A stretch of 56,768 nucleotides of DNA from a virus (Duplodnaviria; Caudoviricetes), in the IMG/VR virus record IMGVR_UViG_3300025030_000126, positions 1 through 56,768 of that record; one strand, written 5' to 3'. Under the pieces are notes generated by a model. It had not been told where the DNA came from. It searched no databases and saw only the letters and a program-made list of their open reading frames with translations. Of this stretch, positions 54,863-56,768 are shown piece after piece. Both the position numbers and the translations under genes were made by a program. The first letter of the stretch is position 1, and the number at the start of each line of letters is the position of its first letter.

Positions 54863-55207
54863 ATGCCAAAAGGATTTAATGCCAATGGGGAACCTCTTGG
54901 GGGTGCAAAGCCGGGGGCGGGCCGGAAGAAGGACTACAGGAAAGAGAACCCACTGAAGGTCAACAAGGGCATACGCTTTACCTGCGACGAGCACGAGGGG
55001 ATCACTAAGGCACGGGAGATCACTGGAGAGGGTGAAACCGAATTCATGCGCGAAGCGATCACCTCTAAGGTGGCGAAGACGCTGAAGAGGGCGGCAAAGT
55101 CGGGTGATATCTCGGTTGAGGAGTATGTGGCCAGGCTGTTTGCCATGAGTGAGCGCTACGGGAAACCGGGCTATGCCATGCAAGCCCGAGAGCTGAAAGC
55201 AGGCTGA
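54863..55207 (+). CDS. putative DNA-binding protein (GGA.PGAGRK + RHH-like)
   Basis: AGGAG RBS; GGAKPGAGRKK followed by beta-helix-helix pattern. Confidence 0.65.
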   Translation: MPKGFNANGEPLGGAKPGAGRKKDYRKENPLKVNKGIRFTCDEHEGITKAREITGEGETEFMREAITSKVAKTLKRAAKSGDISVEEYVARLFAMSERYGKPGYAMQARELKAG

Positions 55208-55344
55208 AGAGGCTAAATTTTTTTGGCCAAAAAACAGGCGTTGCAGCGTGGCAAGAATTTGGAAAAAAAGATTCTAAGTATCAGTGAATAAAATCAACTA
55301 CCTATAAAAAAACATTATGGGTAGTAGGGCAAAACGGGGGGGAT

Positions 55345-55563
55345 ATGAAGGGACCGTTAGACGAAAATCGAGAGCTGACCGAGTTCGGGGATAAGACACC
55401 GCGCCTGTTCTATTGGGAGGAAGCTGTTGACGCCTGGTGCCCGGTTCCAGTGGACATCTGTGTGCTCGACCCCGAGGACCTGGACGAAGGGGAGGTCACC
55501 ACTATCCAGTTCAAGCGCGTTGATATGACGGATGCTGAGTTCGACGCTTTGCCGGAGGAATAG
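55345..55563 (+). CDS. small acidic hypothetical protein
   Basis: G-rich RBS; GE...I.......AEF..LPE terminus. Confidence 0.65.
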   Translation: MKGPLDENRELTEFGDKTPRLFYWEEAVDAWCPVPVDICVLDPEDLDEGEVTTIQFKRVDMTDAEFDALPEE

Positions 55564-55801
55564 AGCCCTGTCCCTCGGATTTGTCAACGCCACGTGTGGC
55601 CATTGCGGCCACGTCGCCGACCTGGATGAGTTTTGCCGCACTCCGATCTTTGGCGAGCTGCCGAAGGGTGAGCATCAGTGCCCGGCCTGTGGTACCGCCT
55701 TCAAGCGGACCATGAGCGCGTACAAGATTTTTCAGGCCGGTGGGGAGTGGCATGCGATACCGGGAAAGTGTGAGCTTGTGCCGGTGGGGGGGAGGCTTTA
55801 A
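55532..55801 (+). CDS. Zn-ribbon hypothetical protein (start uncertain)
   Basis: CGHCG...CPACG. Confidence 0.55.
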   Translation: MLSSTLCRRNRALSLGFVNATCGHCGHVADLDEFCRTPIFGELPKGEHQCPACGTAFKRTMSAYKIFQAGGEWHAIPGKCELVPVGGRL

Positions 55802-55981
55802 TGCTGGGTGAACTGCTGTACTTGATCCGCCAGGACTTAGTGGATGTTTGGGAGAATATTCGGGATCTGTTCCAGGACGATGATGAGAACTAGCCCCCCC
55901 CGCCCCTCTCTCCCTCGCGCGCGCGTTAGCGGGTCACTCTGTGGTACCTGAGTGAGGACCAAAACCAAGGAGGTAACACAG

Positions 55982-56179
55982 ATGGAATTTGAGCCGGTCG
56001 ATTCAACAAACGTTGAAGGAACCCACCACGACGGCGAGGAGATCATGCACGTCCGGTTCATCGGTGGCGCGGTCTACAGGTACGAGGGCGTCACAGTCAA
56101 GGGCTACCAGAAGCTGAGAGAGGCCAAGAGCGTCGGCAAGCATCTGAGACTGATGGATGTCAGGGGCGTGAAGCTGTGA
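55982..56179 (+). CDS. KTSC-domain protein
   Basis: PV.S.N......D......V.F..G.VY.Y.GV....Y..L..A.S.GK; AAGGAGGT RBS. Confidence 0.88.
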   Translation: MEFEPVDSTNVEGTHHDGEEIMHVRFIGGAVYRYEGVTVKGYQKLREAKSVGKHLRLMDVRGVKL

Positions 56180-56235
56180 AGCATCCGGCTTAGTCCGGTT
56201 AATCAGCCGCGATGCGGCATAAATTGGAGGGGGCA

Positions 56236-56768
56236 ATGAGCAAAGCTGAAAAAGCAAAGAAGGTAAAGGGTGCTGATGACGTGACGGTTATATCCGGTTT
56301 TAAGGGTTTCAATAGGGATATGGCCTGCCGTGGGTATCAGTTCAAAGAAGGCGAAACACATAAGCACGATGGTGTAGCGAAAGCTTGTGACTCTGGCTTT
56401 CATTACTGTGAGAATCCTCTGGACGTTTTTAACTACTATGCGCCAGGGCAAAGCGTTTTCTGTGATGTGGCCGGTAGCGGCCACATCGACCGGCACAATG
56501 ATGATAGCAAGGTAGCCTGCACTGAGATCAAGATCGGCGCATCGATTAAGCTGCACGACTTCATCGGGGCCTCTGTCAAGTTTCTTTTTAACCGCAAATA
56601 TGAAGAGGTCACATCCCAACACGCCACCGGCTACAGGTCGGCATCGAGCGCCACCGGCGACAGTTCGGCATCGAGCGCCACCGGCGACAGTTCGGCATCG
56701 AGCGCCACCGGCTACAGGTCGGCATCGAGCGCCACCGGCTACAGGTCGGCATCGAGCGCCACCGGCGA
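56236..56768 (+). CDS. phage protein (DUF7666-like) with 9-aa repeats; 3'-truncated
   Basis: Read manually: GFKGFNRDMACRGYQF.EG...C.SGFHYCENPLDVFNYY; runs off the window. Confidence 0.85.
   Translation, partial: MSKAEKAKKVKGADDVTVISGFKGFNRDMACRGYQFKEGETHKHDGVAKACDSGFHYCENPLDVFNYYAPGQSVFCDVAGSGHIDRHNDDSKVACTEIKIGASIKLHDFIGASVKFLFNRKYEEVTSQHATGYRSASSATGDSSASSATGDSSASSATGYRSASSATGYRSASSATG
56623..56768 (+). repeat. in-frame 27-bp tandem repeat (ATG[YR/DS]SASS), at least 5.4 copies
   Basis: GCCACCGGC(TACAGG/GACAGT)TCGGCATCGAGC units. Confidence 0.95.

Larger units (their letters stand above)
1..56768 (+). mobile_element. P1-like myophage / phage-plasmid genome segment (morphogenesis + Dar operon); both ends extend beyond the window
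   Basis: More than 20 ORFs resemble P1 structural and Dar proteins in P1-like order; dense co-directional genes with ATGA overlaps; no host housekeeping genes. Confidence 0.95.

Noticed and set aside
56180-56236. Twister-ribozyme-like ending (ATAAATTGGAGGGGGCA)
   Set aside because: Lacks the GUCCCAAG-type core; the G-run is explained as the RBS of ORF 56236
56623-56768. Possible CRISPR array
   Set aside because: Contiguous in-frame 27-mers without unique spacers; no cas genes

Overview
This window is part of a distant relative of phage P1 (Punavirus-like myophage or phage-plasmid), GC-rich, with almost every gene on the + strand. No host gene, tRNA, rRNA or CRISPR array is visible. Layout: (1) 1-5730, small accessory genes (Zn-ribbon proteins, HNH/DUF968-like nuclease, a P1 Pmg-like protein, a zincin peptidase). 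(2) 5727-31199, an almost uninterrupted P1-type morphogenesis block (gp26, gp25, gp7, gp24, gp6, gp5, capsid gp23, sheath gp22, gp21, PmgG, BplB, PmgC, Tub, PmgB, Sit, PmgA, BplA, gp16). It is interrupted by a solo tnpB with an altered RuvC-II site and by a cassette of signal-peptide genes. (3) 31215-35187, tail-fibre genes, then a convergent lipoprotein moron. (4) 35726-53570, an expanded Dar antirestriction/internal-head operon (hdf, darA, ddrA, ddrB-like, hxr-fused polyvalent protein, intein-containing darB, ulx). (5) 53640-end, a promoter, a structured leader RNA and small early genes. Most interesting points: all fibre-like proteins carry Sec-type signal peptides; the Dar proteins look like polyproteins cut at repeated [IVL][LMF]E|[SAG] head-protease sites, with a shared putative capsid-targeting helix; the TnpB may be nuclease-dead; there is a probable +1 frameshift in pmgB; there are several candidate structured RNAs. 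Homology calls come from recalled P1 protein sequences, motifs and synteny, not from a database search.
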